Assembly (NCBI RefSeq): GCF_036321535.1
Contig: NC_087437.1
Span: forward strand, 95,978,001 to 96,042,000
DNA: 64,000 bases
Direction: 5' to 3'
Source: Camelus dromedarius
Lineage: Eukaryota
This document shows, piece by piece, positions 47,313-59,855 of this stretch. A program made the translations under genes and the position numbers. Within the stretch, counting starts at the first letter, position 1, and every line of letters starts with the position of its first letter. The notes beneath the pieces are model-generated. The model had not been told where the DNA came from. It saw only the letters and a list, made by a program, of their open reading frames with translations, and made no database searches.

Positions 47313-48212
47313 GTTTACAGATATGCACAGGTATCACGCCTCGCCTATAAAAGTGAAGGTCAGAAACAATTTTTCACTGTTATTTTTGAGACTGATTAAG
47401 TGCTAAAATTATGTAAAGTACAGCTCTTAATTTTCTGCATTTTCCTGGGCGTGCTATTCTTAGATAATAGCATAAGATATTAGTTTAACTTTATCATTAA
47501 ATTGGGCTAAATTCACCCATTTCTTCATTTTTATGATTTATTGCAGTGCCTGTCACATGAATGTATTGATTTTTGTGCCAACCTCTGTTCATGTCACAAT
47601 TTTTGTCATGCAAATTAGCTTCTCTAAATGCAGTACCCTCAGTATACTTTACGAAATATATTGGCATAACATTACGATTTGACCTTTGCATCTTGAGGAA
47701 CCAGGCCATTTCAGGACTAAAAACCATATTTTGCAGTTCATTTTATTCCATTCATTTTCACCTTTTACGAAGCTCTCCAGAAGGTGAGATGTGCATTTGG
47801 CATAAAACCTTTTTTGAAAGTTATGATTGAAACCAGGTAGTTCAAATACAGATTTTATTTTTTTTTTGAAGTATGGCTAAGTCACTTTTTAGAGCAGGGG
47901 TTAAACTAAGAACATTTATTCAGAAGAAAGAATGAGCAAAAAGATGAAAATTGTATTATGAGTTGAGTGAAAATTTAGGAAGACACCTGGAAAGTAAAAA
48001 TAAATATTCGTTACCAGTTCAGAGAGGCATTCACATGATTTTAATTTTTTTTGGAGATTTAACATTCACAGTCTGTGGAACAGTGTGAAAGACTGAGTGT
48101 GCATTTTTGAAGTTCAATAAACTATATGCTGGTTGCCCTGAAATTAATAACCAGCTTAGAAGTACTTGCCAGTAACATAGTCCAGGAAGTAAATTTCTCA
48201 ACCACCTGGCCT

Positions 48213-48263
48213 TTCATTCATTCAAAAATATTTATTGAGTACCTTTTATTTGCTAGGCTCTGC
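48213..48263 (-). mobile_element. L2 3' terminus
   Basis: TTCATTCATTCAAAAATATTTATTGAGTACCTTTTATTTGCTAGGCTCTG. Confidence 0.8.
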
Positions 48264-49624
48264 TTATTTGTGGTTGTATTTTAGCTAATTATTAGTTTAT
48301 ATCTTTGGGATCTTTTTACTTTGAGACACAGGAAATATTTGTTGTCGTTTTATATTTTAAGTATAATAATGAAATATTTCTGATATTTATAGACAGTAAT
48401 CTTCCAACTGCATCTTAGTACAGCTTTAACGTAGAAGATAATGGATAAAAAGAGTAATATATGGATAATATGCAATGAATAGATAATTAATATAAGGCTG
48501 CTGATTTTACTTTTCCATCATTTTCTGGAAATTTTATTGCCCTTTCTCTAAAATCAGACTTAATTATGCTCAAGAAAACACAGTTGAGACAAAGACCATT
48601 AGAAAAGATCATCAAAATCAGAAAAGTGTTTCAGAAAGAAAAATTCCATAAACATTTAAAATGTATATATTTGAGTAGAAATTAAAATTATAAGCATTAT
48701 TAAAATAAAAATGATATATTTATATAACTATAAATTGCTGTATCAGGCATGACAACCCATTTCATTTTATCTATTTAATATATTTGTTTATAAAGTTCCT
48801 TTTAAAAAGTTGTTTCATGTAGCTTGCAATCTCTGATTGAATCCTATCAAGATAGCTTGCCAAGGAAGTTTTAAATCCATAAATCTTTTCTTTCTCAGTT
48901 TATTTCTGATGTCATTTTAGCTAATATGCAGACTTAGCCTACTCAAGGAACAGAGTCCGAGGAACAAGGTGCAAGATATGAATGGTCCATTGGAGCCTGT
49001 ATTTTATAGCTGCCTTAAAGCCCAATGATATTGAGAAAGTGATGCAGGCAAATCATAGCTGCAGTCTTCAAAGTTCTCTGAGTAAAGCAGAACCTAAGAA
49101 CTTGACATATTTAATGAAAAAGAAAGGGAGAGAAAGTGGATAATAGTTGCGCTGGCCTTCAGAATCATCTAAACACCTTTTTTTTATTCTCCTTTACCTG
49201 AAGTCATCATCAGCCAACTTTGGTCCATAAAGTAAAATTAAAAATTTGAGCTTTTGAAGAATTTTCATAGAGTAACTCCTGATCTCTGTGTTCAGTCCTC
49301 TTACAACTCAATGCAAGTAGCCACGAGCTCTAGCAATTATACTGATGGAATGCATCCTAGAAAATTCAAATTTGTCATTAGTTTAAAACTCAGTGATAAC
49401 TATCAATAAATAAAAATCTTACTCAAAGAATATTTCATACTTGTCATTTTTAGACTGAAGAAATAAAGTACTGTAAGCATTCACTTTAGTGTCAGTTAAG
49501 AATTAGATACTGAATTCAGTCATTAGTAATGGAGATGAGTATTAACAATAGCTTTGGTGTATAACGTAGGTCTCTCTCTCTCTCTCTTTCCTCTCTTTCA
49601 CACATGCACTCACATACACAACCA

Positions 49625-50545
49625 CACAAAGAAGTGAAGAGTTAAGCAAGCTAGGATTGCATTGGTAGATCTATAAAGACAACTAAGTTAGCCCTAGATT
49701 CCACTCCCAGAATCACAAGATGGCTGCTAGTGCACCAGCCATCTGTGCCAGAAAGAGTTAATTCAGCAGGCCTGAGTTGCTCAGACCTTGCACATTCCCA
49801 GTAGTGGGCTGTCTTTTGACTGAATTGTCCCTTGACCACTCTTAGGAATTGAAGTCTTTGAATGTTCTAACAGGTAGGAATGTTTTGTAGGCTTGGAGCC
49901 TATAACTATACCAGTTTTTATAAATAAATTGTGCAAACAAGTATAATTTATGGTGAACACCTGCTTTCCTTTGGGTATCTAGGGGGACTTTGGTAAGTCC
50001 TGCAAGCACTGTATGCTTTTTGTGACTGAAAAACCCCATGAAAAACCTGCACACCTAGGTTCAGGCACAGGTAAACTTCCCTGGTAGAAAATACATTGCT
50101 CATGTTTTCACATATTGTTGCTAGAGAAATTAAGCACATCCTGTTCAACTCTACTGGGAGCAGAATCTTGCAAGCTTGAGACTGGTTTTCTCCAGATTTC
50201 GCCCCATGCACCTTTTCCCTTTGTGATTTTATGTTATATAATTTTGCAGCAATAAACTATAACCATGAAAAGAAGAACTTCCAGGTTCTGTAAATCCATT
50301 GAGCCAGTCAACAAATCTGAAGGTGGTTTGGGGACTCCTGATACACTATCATATTCTCTTTTGAGGCTTCAGAAAGGAAGATGCACAGAGGAAGGGAAAA
50401 AACTTATCCTGAATCGTCACACAACATCTGTTTAAATCTCAGTTTGCTCCCTTATATTTATCTTTATATGGGCACAATGCCCAGGGTTCTGTTGGCAAGG
50501 AAAAGAGAATGAATATTGGGCAGGCAACCAGCTGAGTTTGTGCCC
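49625..50545 (-). mobile_element. Old MaLR LTR (MLT1J/K/L-like) interrupted by the LTR at 49744-50345
   Basis: TCACAAGATGGCTGCTAGTGCACCAGCCATC before the insertion. TTCTGTTGGCAAGGAAAAGAGAATGAATATTGGGCAGGCAACC...TGCC at the far end. Confidence 0.6.
49744..50345 (+). mobile_element. ERVL solo LTR, MER77/MER68-like
   Basis: Starts TGTGCCAGAAAGAGTTAATTCAGCAGGCCTGAG and ends GGTGGTTTGGGGACTCCTGATACA. AATAAA at 50251. Degenerate 5-bp TSD CCATC/CTATC. Confidence 0.85.
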
Positions 50546-50730
50546 ACCCAAACATCGGCATGCACCTTTTGTCCCCATATATAGAAGAAACACAATCTTC
50601 CCTCACAGGAAACAACCCCTATGTCTCTGAGAGTTTCTGCAAAGAGCTCGAGCCCCAGGATCTTTGAGTTACATGAAGATCTGGGCACATCACATTTCCG
50701 TGTGGCTCCTGTGCCTTGTAGATTAAAATG
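50546..50730 (-). mobile_element. MLT1 internal-sequence fragment adjoining the LTR
   Basis: GGAAACAACCCCTATGTCTC...AGCTCGAGCCCCAGGATCTTTGAGT...GTGTGGCTCCT resembles the MLT1-int terminus. Confidence 0.45.
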
Positions 50731-51214
50731 CTATAAGAGGAAAATGAACAATGCATAGAATTCAAATGCCACCTAATAGGAAGAGACTCCAGGCCTGGCT
50801 CTGGCAGTGGAATTTGTTCCATGATTAGCCAATCGGACAGGCCCTGATTTCTTAGATAGGCTATTCCTTGTTTATTTTCCTCTGAGGCCTTGGCTTTGGC
50901 CCCTGGAGGAAACTGCCTTGCCCAGTATCTCCTGGCCACATCTGAGGTGAGCACAGAATCTTCTTGGGGCTAGTACAGCATGTGCACATCACCTCCTACC
51001 GTTGCAATTTTAAAGGCCCAGAGATTTCTTTGTAAACCAAACTGTCATACCTCATTGAGACAAAGGTTTGGGATTTCTTTGGCAATACAATTGCCTAAAA
51101 CTTAGCACATTTCTGGTCAATTTGTTTCCAGTTGTCATGGTGAGTGCCATATGGACGGGTTATTTTTGTCACTGTTGTTGCCTTTCATTTATTATTTAAG
51201 AAAGTCAAAATATT

Positions 51215-51500
51215 GTTTATCCCCGCTCTTCAGGAGCTTAGGGTCTAATCGATGAGATAATATAAGAAAAAAATGAAGCAGGAAAAAAAGGACAAGCATT
51301 TATTTACCTTTTATAAATTAAAAGTAATTTGTCTTTTTAAATTTTTTAAAAAGTGAAATAGACAAGAGGTGCTACAGTACAATGCAGTGAATATGAGGAT
51401 TCCCTGCTGGAGCAATCCTGAAAGGCTTCCTGGAGGAGATGAAGGACAGACATTTAAAATTGCTGGAGGGAAAGGGGAAAGCCCTACTAAAGAGAGAATG
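51215..51500 (-). mobile_element. L2 fragment, antisense
   Basis: ATCCCCGCTCTTCAGGAGCTTAGGGTCTAAT and TCCTGAAAGGCTTCCTGGAGGAGATG. Confidence 0.7.
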
Positions 51501-53229
51501 ACACTAGTTTGGGATTGTATACATAATGAAAGCAGAATGTTTCCCTAAAGAAAAAGAAAGCATGATGAGATATGGACTTATCGATTAGTCTCAAAGATAT
51601 CCATGTTTAGAGAATAAATATGAAATGGATAAAACATAAGGGGTACACTATTTCAGGAGGAGATTTGGCTGCACTTGAGTTGCTGTTGTTCAAACAAGAG
51701 TCAGCGTCCTTGGGGGAGTCCTAGGACACTGGGGCAGAATAGTAGTGAGCTGGGTGAGTTGAGTAGACATTTGACATCACAGGAGGTAATGGAGGATAGA
51801 AGTGACCAGGTTGATATCTGGATGCTATAAGTAAGTTCAAATAGCATGTGACCCCAAATTTAAAGCCAGCCTACTTTTATCACCAGCATCAATTAACATT
51901 AAGTATCTGGAAAATTTTCACTGATATTTCCAGGGCTGTTGCAATGTATGCACATCTCAGCACTTCCTCGCCCTTTCCTTTCTCTTCTTCTACCTCCTCT
52001 TCCTCTTTCTTCTAGACCTTGGCCTTCCTTTGCTCCATCCCCATGTTCCTAGGGACCTATTTGGGGTATTTCTTTCACCCAAGTGTAGTTTTTTTACCTA
52101 AACATATTCTTTTTTTTCTTTATTGGCATCTGTGTTTTGCTTATCTTCCTCTGGCTAGTATAAGTAGAAAGATTTATTCTTAAACTGGAAGAATCAACAA
52201 GTCTAATAACAATAGAAGTTAGGAAAAGCTAATAACAAACTCTCTTCTAATGAAAGCTCCAACACTTCTCATCATAGCACTAGGCACTTAGGATGCTAGG
52301 AACCATGTCCTAGGACTTCCACTAGAGCTGAACAAAAGGCATCAACCCCTTGAAACTTTGCCCGCCATGCTTTCAAAAAAAAACCAACATCCCCAAGTTA
52401 CTTGCTTCATTGCTCTCTTCCTCCTGAGTTCCCGTGGTGTACCTGCTTAGAAGCTGCCTGGAAATCCACCAGAAAAGTGATCTGAAAATATTAATTATTT
52501 TCCTGCCTAATTTATTCATTTATTTTTACTTCACCAACTTTTTCATTGTAGGAAATTTCACTTGGGTGTAAGCCTTTCTGCAGCCAAACTGAGTCAACAG
52601 GTTTTGTTTCTTTGTTTGTTTAGTTCAACATAACTGAAGAAAATATTACAGAACCAAGAAAACATACACTTGCTGTTTCTTTCTGCCAAAAGTTTCTTCA
52701 GCTCAGTCTAATTCCTTATATTTTCTCTGTCAACATCTCAACAATCATAACATTTTTTTTCAATCTGGAAATACAAAATACAAAGGTATCTTTATGTTTC
52801 TAGGAATGTGTTATTTGTGTTTGGATTTCAAGTATTTTATATCTATAATCTGTATATCTATCTATACCAATATGTCTAATCCTCTCTCTCTCTCCCCGTC
52901 CACTGATGTAATATGAGAATATGAGAAACATGGTTATATTGATACTAGGGGCTCTCAAGCTTTTTCACGCCACAAACTCTCCTTTTACTCAACCAGAAAA
53001 TAAAAAAGAAGAAATAAAAGGAGAAGGCAAGAAGGGGAAAGAATAAGAAGAAGGGGGAGAGAGATCAAGAAGAATTAGAATGAGACCATGCAGGAAAAGG
53101 GACAGGAGAAGGAGATTAGTATTCGTGGTGGTGGTGATGGTGGTAATAGTGTTATCAACAGAAAGGTCTTCACTTCTCGCATTGCTTCTGTCTCAGTCGA
53201 TAAACTCATTTGTATTTGTATTAATCATT

Positions 53230-54024
53230 CCCTTCTACCCACTTTCTTTTGCAGGGATGTTACATCATTCTCCATTCTAACACTAGACTTTTTGGGTGAG
53301 GGGATCATTTCCCATCTCCTCCATTATCATGGATCTTGCTTCATGGGTCATCCTCTAGCTCATTGATGACTCCAGATTTCTTACTCTGTTATTTCTTTCC
53401 TCTAATAAAGTAAACATCTTCACCTTTCCAGCATCTTGAGAAAGAACAAACACACAAACAACTTTTACTGGGCTTTATATATCTGTCATCTACTCTGGCT
53501 ACAACATCTTTTTCCTTCACAGCTAAGGTTCTAAACACCCTATTTCCTCTTCCTATTTCACATTCCAACTCCCATTTGTTTTTCAACTCACTGCAGTATG
53601 GCTGGCTTCCAATTCAACTAGTCAAGAGGAAAATGTTCTCAGAAAATTTCAAGTGTCCCCAAGTTTCCAAATCTCAGGCACGCTTTCAAGCTGAGATCGT
53701 CTCCTTTTAACAGCATTAGTGCTGTTGGCCCACCTCACATGCCAACTCTTCAAATGCTTTCATCCCCACCTTCCATGAACTAGTGTCTCATGAAACAGTA
53801 TCTCAAGATTGTTCTTCTATATTTCTGGGCATTTTATCTCAATTACTTGTCTGGGCTCTTCTTCCAGATAGTATTTATAGTTGGTGTCGCATTGCATTCC
53901 TTTCTCAGTTCAATTTTCTACTCAATCTCCAAACTCTCCTTAAGTTATCTTATGCATATCTGTGAGCTGATAACCAATAAATGTATATCGATACCTCATA
54001 ATTGAAAGACTTTTAGACAGGGGT

Positions 54025-54063
<39 letters not shown>

Positions 54064-54475
54064 CTAATCACACACACACACGCACTGAGCAGCTCTAACT
54101 GAATTTCTAACAGAAGGTTCACACTCAGGATATCCAAAACTGAACTCAACACCCCGTTTCACTGTCACTCTCATTGCCACTCTCAATAATCTCCATTCTC
54201 TGTATTAAAAGGTTGTCCAGCAATTCATTCAGTACTTCAATCATTGCAAATAATCCCTCTTGTTTATTCTCCCCTTGTCCTACACATGCAGTCAGTCTTA
54301 AAGTCATGTAAGCTCCATTTCCAAAAGATCACTCTATGCCTACTATCATTTCTTAGATGCAGACCCTTCCCATTTCTTTGCCTGAGAACCACGGCCATCT
54401 CTCAGGTACTCTTGCCTCCAGAATCAAAATCTTTTATCATTTCACTACTCTTCTTAAAATGTATTGTCTCCTAAT
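53230..54475 (+). mobile_element. L2 ORF2/RT-region fossil
   Basis: Pyrimidine-rich L2 text: TCAACTCACTGCAGTATGGCT, TCACACTCAGGATATCCAAAACTGAACTC and CATGCAGTCAGTCTTAAAGTCATGT. Confidence 0.7.
54023..54085. repeat. (TG)n tract followed after a 12-nt spacer by a (CA)n tract
   Basis: TG run 54023-54056 and CA run 54069-54085. Confidence 0.95.
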
Positions 54476-54574
54476 CAGTGAGTCTTTATTCTTACCTACT
54501 AAATACTGCATCTGGAGAGTGCGAGGAATATGGAATTGGAGCGTGGTTGAGAGGTCGGGCTGAAATGAACAGCT

Positions 54575-54800
54575 CATGTTGATTAAGTGCTTACAATGTG
54601 TCTACCATTTCCTATTATCTCATTTTAATCCTCTCAAAGTCCCTATAGACAATTTATTATGTTTTTCCAAATTTTAAAGATAAAAAAAACTGAAGTGAGA
54701 AGGTATTAGTTTTCCTACCCAAAGTCACAATCTAGTAACTAGAGAGCAATGTGAATCCAGGAAGGCTGAATCCAGGACCCATGCTTCTTGGAACTTACAT
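54575..54800 (-). mobile_element. MIR SINE
   Basis: TTAAGTGCTTACAATGTG, ATTATCTCATTTTAATCCTCTCAA, AAACTGAAGTGAGAAGG and CCCAAAGTCACA. Confidence 0.8.
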
Positions 54801-55603
54801 GCAAACTATTGAAACCACTGTCTAAGTGACACTTGTTGTTTCCCTGGATAATTATAAAATGTCAAAAGCTCTAGTATAACACATGTGCTTTGAAAGACAG
54901 CTGTGTTAAGGTGCAGTGAGTGACAGGAGCAGTCAGAGAGGTGGACGGACCTGAATAAAACATCACATAAGTCAAAAAGGGAAACATTTATTTAGAAAAA
55001 AAGAAGTAATCCACGGAGTTAAGCTCCTAAAATGATGAATACAGACAAGCTACTTTTTAAAAAGCTTTCCAATGTCTTTTAAACAATAACTGATTGCACT
55101 GGGAAGAACAGTTTCATTAGAGTGGAAGTTATTTTTAATAAACTCTGAGTTACATTTTAATGTTTTAACACAATTGATAATTTGCAAAAACAAAATAAGA
55201 GAATAAGATTCCCCAAATTTTCAATATGCCTCTTTATGCTAACAATAAAACATTTTATTTGCTCCTAAAATAGTACAAATAGAATGGAGAAACTGTGTCA
55301 TGTTATTTTAATAACTATTTCAATATGAATAGAATAAAACATAATGAGGAACACATGTCTGCTTGGTGCTAATGACATAACATTTTGCAGTTTTAGAGAT
55401 AAAGCAAAATGCATAATTTGAACCAGATGTTGAAATACTGTGGGATTATTATCTAAGGACAAATATTTCAGAAAATATGTGGAAAAGGTGACCACATATT
55501 TGCTACTGGGAGTCCTCAATGTGGGCGTCTTTATGTTGTACTTTGGTTGGTTTCTCAAAATGAAATACAATCGGTTCTCAATACTGTATATATATTATAA
55601 ATA

Positions 55604-55608
<5 letters not shown>

Positions 55609-55652
<44 letters not shown>

Positions 55653-55662
55653 TATATATACA
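55609..55662. repeat. (TA)18 plus CA/TA compound microsatellite
   Basis: TA run 55609-55644, then CACACACATATATATACAC. Confidence 0.97.
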
Positions 55663-55694
55663 CGTATTTTATTTATTTATTTTTTAATCCCATA

Positions 55695-55935
55695 GGAGAG
55701 GCAGTTCAGCCAAGTGGTTAAGAGCTCAGATTCTATAGTCACATTTTTGGCTTTATCACTTTCTGGCTATGGGATCTTGGGAAACCTAACCTCTTTGAGC
55801 CTCAGATTCATCATTTGAATATGAGAACGATAATACTTAAACCTGCCTCGTAGGCCTGTCGTGTTGTTTAGGTTAGGATAATCCCGGTGAAGTGCTTTCC
55901 ATGGGAGCGCAGCACTCAGTAAGAAATAGTATTAC
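55695..55935 (+). mobile_element. MIR SINE, near full length
   Basis: GAGAGGCAGTTCAGCCAAGTGGTTAAGAGCTCAGATTCT...TAACCTCTTTGAGCCTCAGATTCATCATTTG...CCTGCCTCGTAGG. Confidence 0.88.
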
Positions 55936-58189
55936 TGCCTTTGTTATTGCTACTGCTTTTTTCATTGTTACTATCAATAAAACACCCTTCCAAATTATTT
56001 ACTGTTAATCTGAGCGTTGTTCCAGTTGCGCTCATCGCTGGGTGTCTCTGTATCTTGAGAAGTGTGTCGGTTAGGCTCTTTTAAGTTCCATGGCACAGGA
56101 GCACGCTCAGATGAGCAGGGCTTATTTTTACAACGTACAGGAAAGTTTGGGAAAGTAGAAAGTGGTCTTAGAAGCTCCTCCAGACCTAAAATGTCTTTTC
56201 TTACAGTTCCTCATCACCCCTGGCTCTCTTGCTCTGGCTATCACTGTACTGATTCAGAAGCATCTCTACTGGTCATTTCTGCAGGAGCAGCTCTTGTCTG
56301 GATTCTAGGGAAACACTTCTGCCCATTCAATACCCAGCTTCCTCGGCAGAGCCGGTCACGCCTGAACCCTCTAACATCAGGGTCAGCAATTTCAACTTAA
56401 ACTCACTGAGAAAGAAATGCCTTGATGGTTTGGCCACCACAGTCCAGCATAGTGTGTCCCTTGTACGTGGGGCTCTCCCCTTGGTCACCACATAGACTGC
56501 ACAGCGGTGATCCTTTGTTAATTAACTATGTAGCCAGCAGAAAGGGAACAGGACAAGATGAGATCAGTATAGAGGTGCTATTATTCTGAGGCTTCCCAAA
56601 GGAATAGGTGTAACTGGTAGAGGCGGTGTATAGCATCCCCAGCACATCCAGTACATCATGTGTGCCAGGGGCACAGCAAGACTCTTTTTTTTAACTCATT
56701 GGCTTCTCTAGCAATCACTTTGGCATTTAAAAACGCAGTATTTATATTGATAATGGACTCCTCGGGGGAAGTCATTGGGCCCTGTCTCTCCATGCCACCC
56801 TTCTTTGGGAACTGCTTTCCTTATTTGACCACAGGATGGCAGAGGTTAGTCTGGGCAGCGATTCTGCACAACGTGCCTTGCTTCTCACTGGGCCAGGCAA
56901 GGCCATCAGATTCCTCAAAGGTGATCACTTAGCCCAAGCTACGCTCAGCTCAGTCCCTAGGAATTTAAAGTCAGGACTGAGAAAGAAGAGTCCACTGTGG
57001 GCGCAACATGCCAACTCAGGATTCGGCAGAAGCCATGGTTGCTTTGCTTTGTTTTCTTGCATTTCTTGTTAGTTGGTTTTCTGTTTGTTTTTCTATATTA
57101 TATGGTCAGGAAACTAAGAGTAAGCTTATCTTTGAGAGAAAGAAAACTGAAGCAGACACAGAGAGAGGCATAATGCCTTCCACTCCCTAATCCCACACAG
57201 TGCCGAAGAATGAAATTTATACCTACTCTTCAGTTCTACAAGACGGTTCTGAATCATTGTAGCATATCCTTCACATTGTTAGGCTCGGGCCTATGAGTAT
57301 CTGTTATTTGAAACGTAGAATTCTAATAATCAGCATGAAGATAGCTAAATGTTTCCTCTAAGGATGTAAACTAGGCACTAAAAATGGCATAGATTATATA
57401 TAAAAATTTCAAAGTAAATTTTGCAACCATTTGTCATGAAAGAAGTTTGGGGAGTCTTCTTTGGGGATGAACATGTTTTCTATGACCTCAGCTACACACC
57501 TTGTGCTTTTTTGCCTCATCTTTGTTTTAAACTGTTTAGGTCTTATATTTTCTTGCTGACATATAATAAAGAAAATCAATATTTATCTCAGGATCTATAA
57601 TTCACAGAAATACTAATTCTCCTTATTTAAAAATATAGGTATAAATGTAGACAGTATAAGAGATGGTGCAAGGTTTGTACCAAATTCAGGATATATGTTT
57701 AAATACCTGAAGATGAGTAGGTATTACTAAACCCAAACCTGATATGAATCTATTTTCTTAAAATTTGCCTTTTCCTCTAAAGAAATGAAATATATACATA
57801 TATATAAGTTTTCTATAATTATGGGTCTTAAATATGTTTGCATTCCAGAACACAGACATAGAACTGACCAAGTAGGTAATATTTGTGTCTAATTATTACC
57901 ATCTGGCCTCAGTCATCCCCAAATCACAATCCTTACAGCCTTTTCTGACTTCCTTTAATAACTGGTTTTAAATACTGGGGGCTTACTTGGGTGTAGTCTA
58001 TCCTGGCTGGTTAGATCCAGATAAGCCCTGAAGAACTCCCCAAAATAATATATATTTCTGAGTGTTCTACTTTCCGAGAATTATCTTTTTCCTTTGTATG
58101 ACTCATCTGTTGCCTGGACATATTGTTGGAGGTTAGGAGAAAGATTTTTGGTTTCCCTTCATCCCCCTTTCTTTTCCCCAATTTTTTCA

Positions 58190-58728
58190 ACCATTATTGC
58201 TGCATAACAAACCACCCCTACCTCAGTGGCCTAAAACAACGACCATTTGAGGTGTTCATAAATTCTGTGGGTCAAGAATTTCAATAGCGTTCAAAAAAGA
58301 TGGCTGATTTCTGCTCCATTGTTCTGGAGTGTTAGCTGAACAGACCCAAATATATGGGGTGACTCAAACACATTGGGGATAGACTATTCTGGAGCCTCCT
58401 TCACTCACATGTCTGGTGTCTGGGGTAGGAGGACATAAGCCTGGGCTCAGCTGGACTGCAGCTGGATACTGTCACATGGCCTGGGGAGGTGGTTTGGGTT
58501 TCTCTCCACATGACAACTGGCTACTGGGCTCTGACATACCCAAGAGGAAGCATCTGGAGAGGAAGCATCAAAGAGAACAAAGTACAAGCCATATGGCATT
58601 TTTATGACCTAGTCTTGGACATGATAATAGCATCACTTCCCCACTCAGTTTTCTGGGGGAGGGGATATAGACCCCACCTCTTAATGGAAGGAATGTCAAA
58701 AATTTTTCAGTCCTTTTAAATCCACTCA
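58190..58728 (-). mobile_element. MaLR solo LTR, MLT1F/G/H-like
   Basis: TATTGCTGCATAACAAACCACCCC...CAGTGGCCTAAAACAAC, CTTCACTCACATGTCTGG, TTTTATGACCTAGTCTTGGA and AGACCCCACCTCTTAATGGAAGGAATGTCAAA. Confidence 0.88.
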
Positions 58729-59324
58729 ACTAAATGTGAATCTAAGTGTACATTATTGGTAAAACTAAATTGGAAAATACAGCAGGGATATACTACTTGC
58801 TGTCTTATTTGAATTTGCCTACCTAGTTGCAGTTAAAATTTCAGAGGAGCAGCCTTTTCCCCATCACTCCACTCACTGTAGAGGAGGATAGATTCCAGGA
58901 TATTTATCACATCAGAAGAGAAACTTACTCTGCTTGAAGGCGGGCAAGGCAGGGAAGAAAGTTTTTGTGACACCAACTCTTACACAGACAAATTTGATAG
59001 TCCTCTAGCCCCAACACTCAGTAAAAGGAGAATCTCAAAGAGATTAGGGTAATAGTAAACTGTCCTTCAACTGGGTTCATTTGCCAAATTGGATAAACTT
59101 GAGCTTTAGTTTTCATGACCTCCTGGTTGTGACCCTTAGAAAGTGACTATAAGGTTTACAAACTAAAGTAATATAAGATAGACTATGAATCTAATCCAAA
59201 AGAATAGAAAATATGAGACTGCATCAAATGAGAATTATTTTTGTTGTTTTGGGAAAATTGTGTTTACTTGGCCACCATGAAAAACAAAGTTCTTACTCTG
59301 CATCATGGTCAAATATATTGAAAA

Positions 59325-59855
59325 CTACTGTCCTAGGAAAAATCCTGTGTATAACCAGGAGAAAGGTATAAGAATGTTCAGATAGCACTGTTCCCATTAG
59401 AAAAATAACAAGATACATTCCAATGTCTATAAATAGAAGAATGGTAAATAATTTGTGGTATATCCACATAATGGAATACTGTGCAATGGAGAGAATTGGT
59501 GAATAACAGCTAAAAGGAACAACATGGCTAAATCTTAGGGATGATTAACTTAAAGATCATATTTCTGAAGAATATAGTATGATTTGACTAGTATACATAA
59601 AAAACATGCAAAAGCAAATAAAGTATTAAGTACAGGAATACACAGTAAAATTTGAAAAATGTGGGGGGAGGGTGTAGCTCAAAGTGGTAGAGCACATGCT
59701 TAGCATGCACGAGGTCCTGGGTTCAAACCCCAGTACCTCCTCTAAAAAGTAAATAAATAAATAAACCTAAGTACATCCCTCCCCCCAGAACAAAATAAAT
59801 AAATAAAATTTAAATTTAAAAAATATTTTGAAAAATGCAAGAGATGATCAATACA
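59325..59855 (+). mobile_element. L1ME 3' region, interrupted by a SINE
   Basis: AAGAATGTTCAGATAGCACTGTT, CAATGTCTATAAATAGAAGAATGGTAAAT and TTGTGGTATATCCACATAATGGAATACTGTGCA. Confidence 0.8.
59663..59826 (+). mobile_element. tRNA-derived SINE, camelid Vic-1-like, with TSD
   Basis: GGGGGGAGGGTGTAGCTCAAAGTGGTAGAGCACATGCTTAGCATGCACGAGGTCCTGGGTTCAAACCCCAGTACCTCC plus an A-rich tail. TSD TTTGAAAAATG at 59651-59661 and 59827-59837. Confidence 0.93.
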
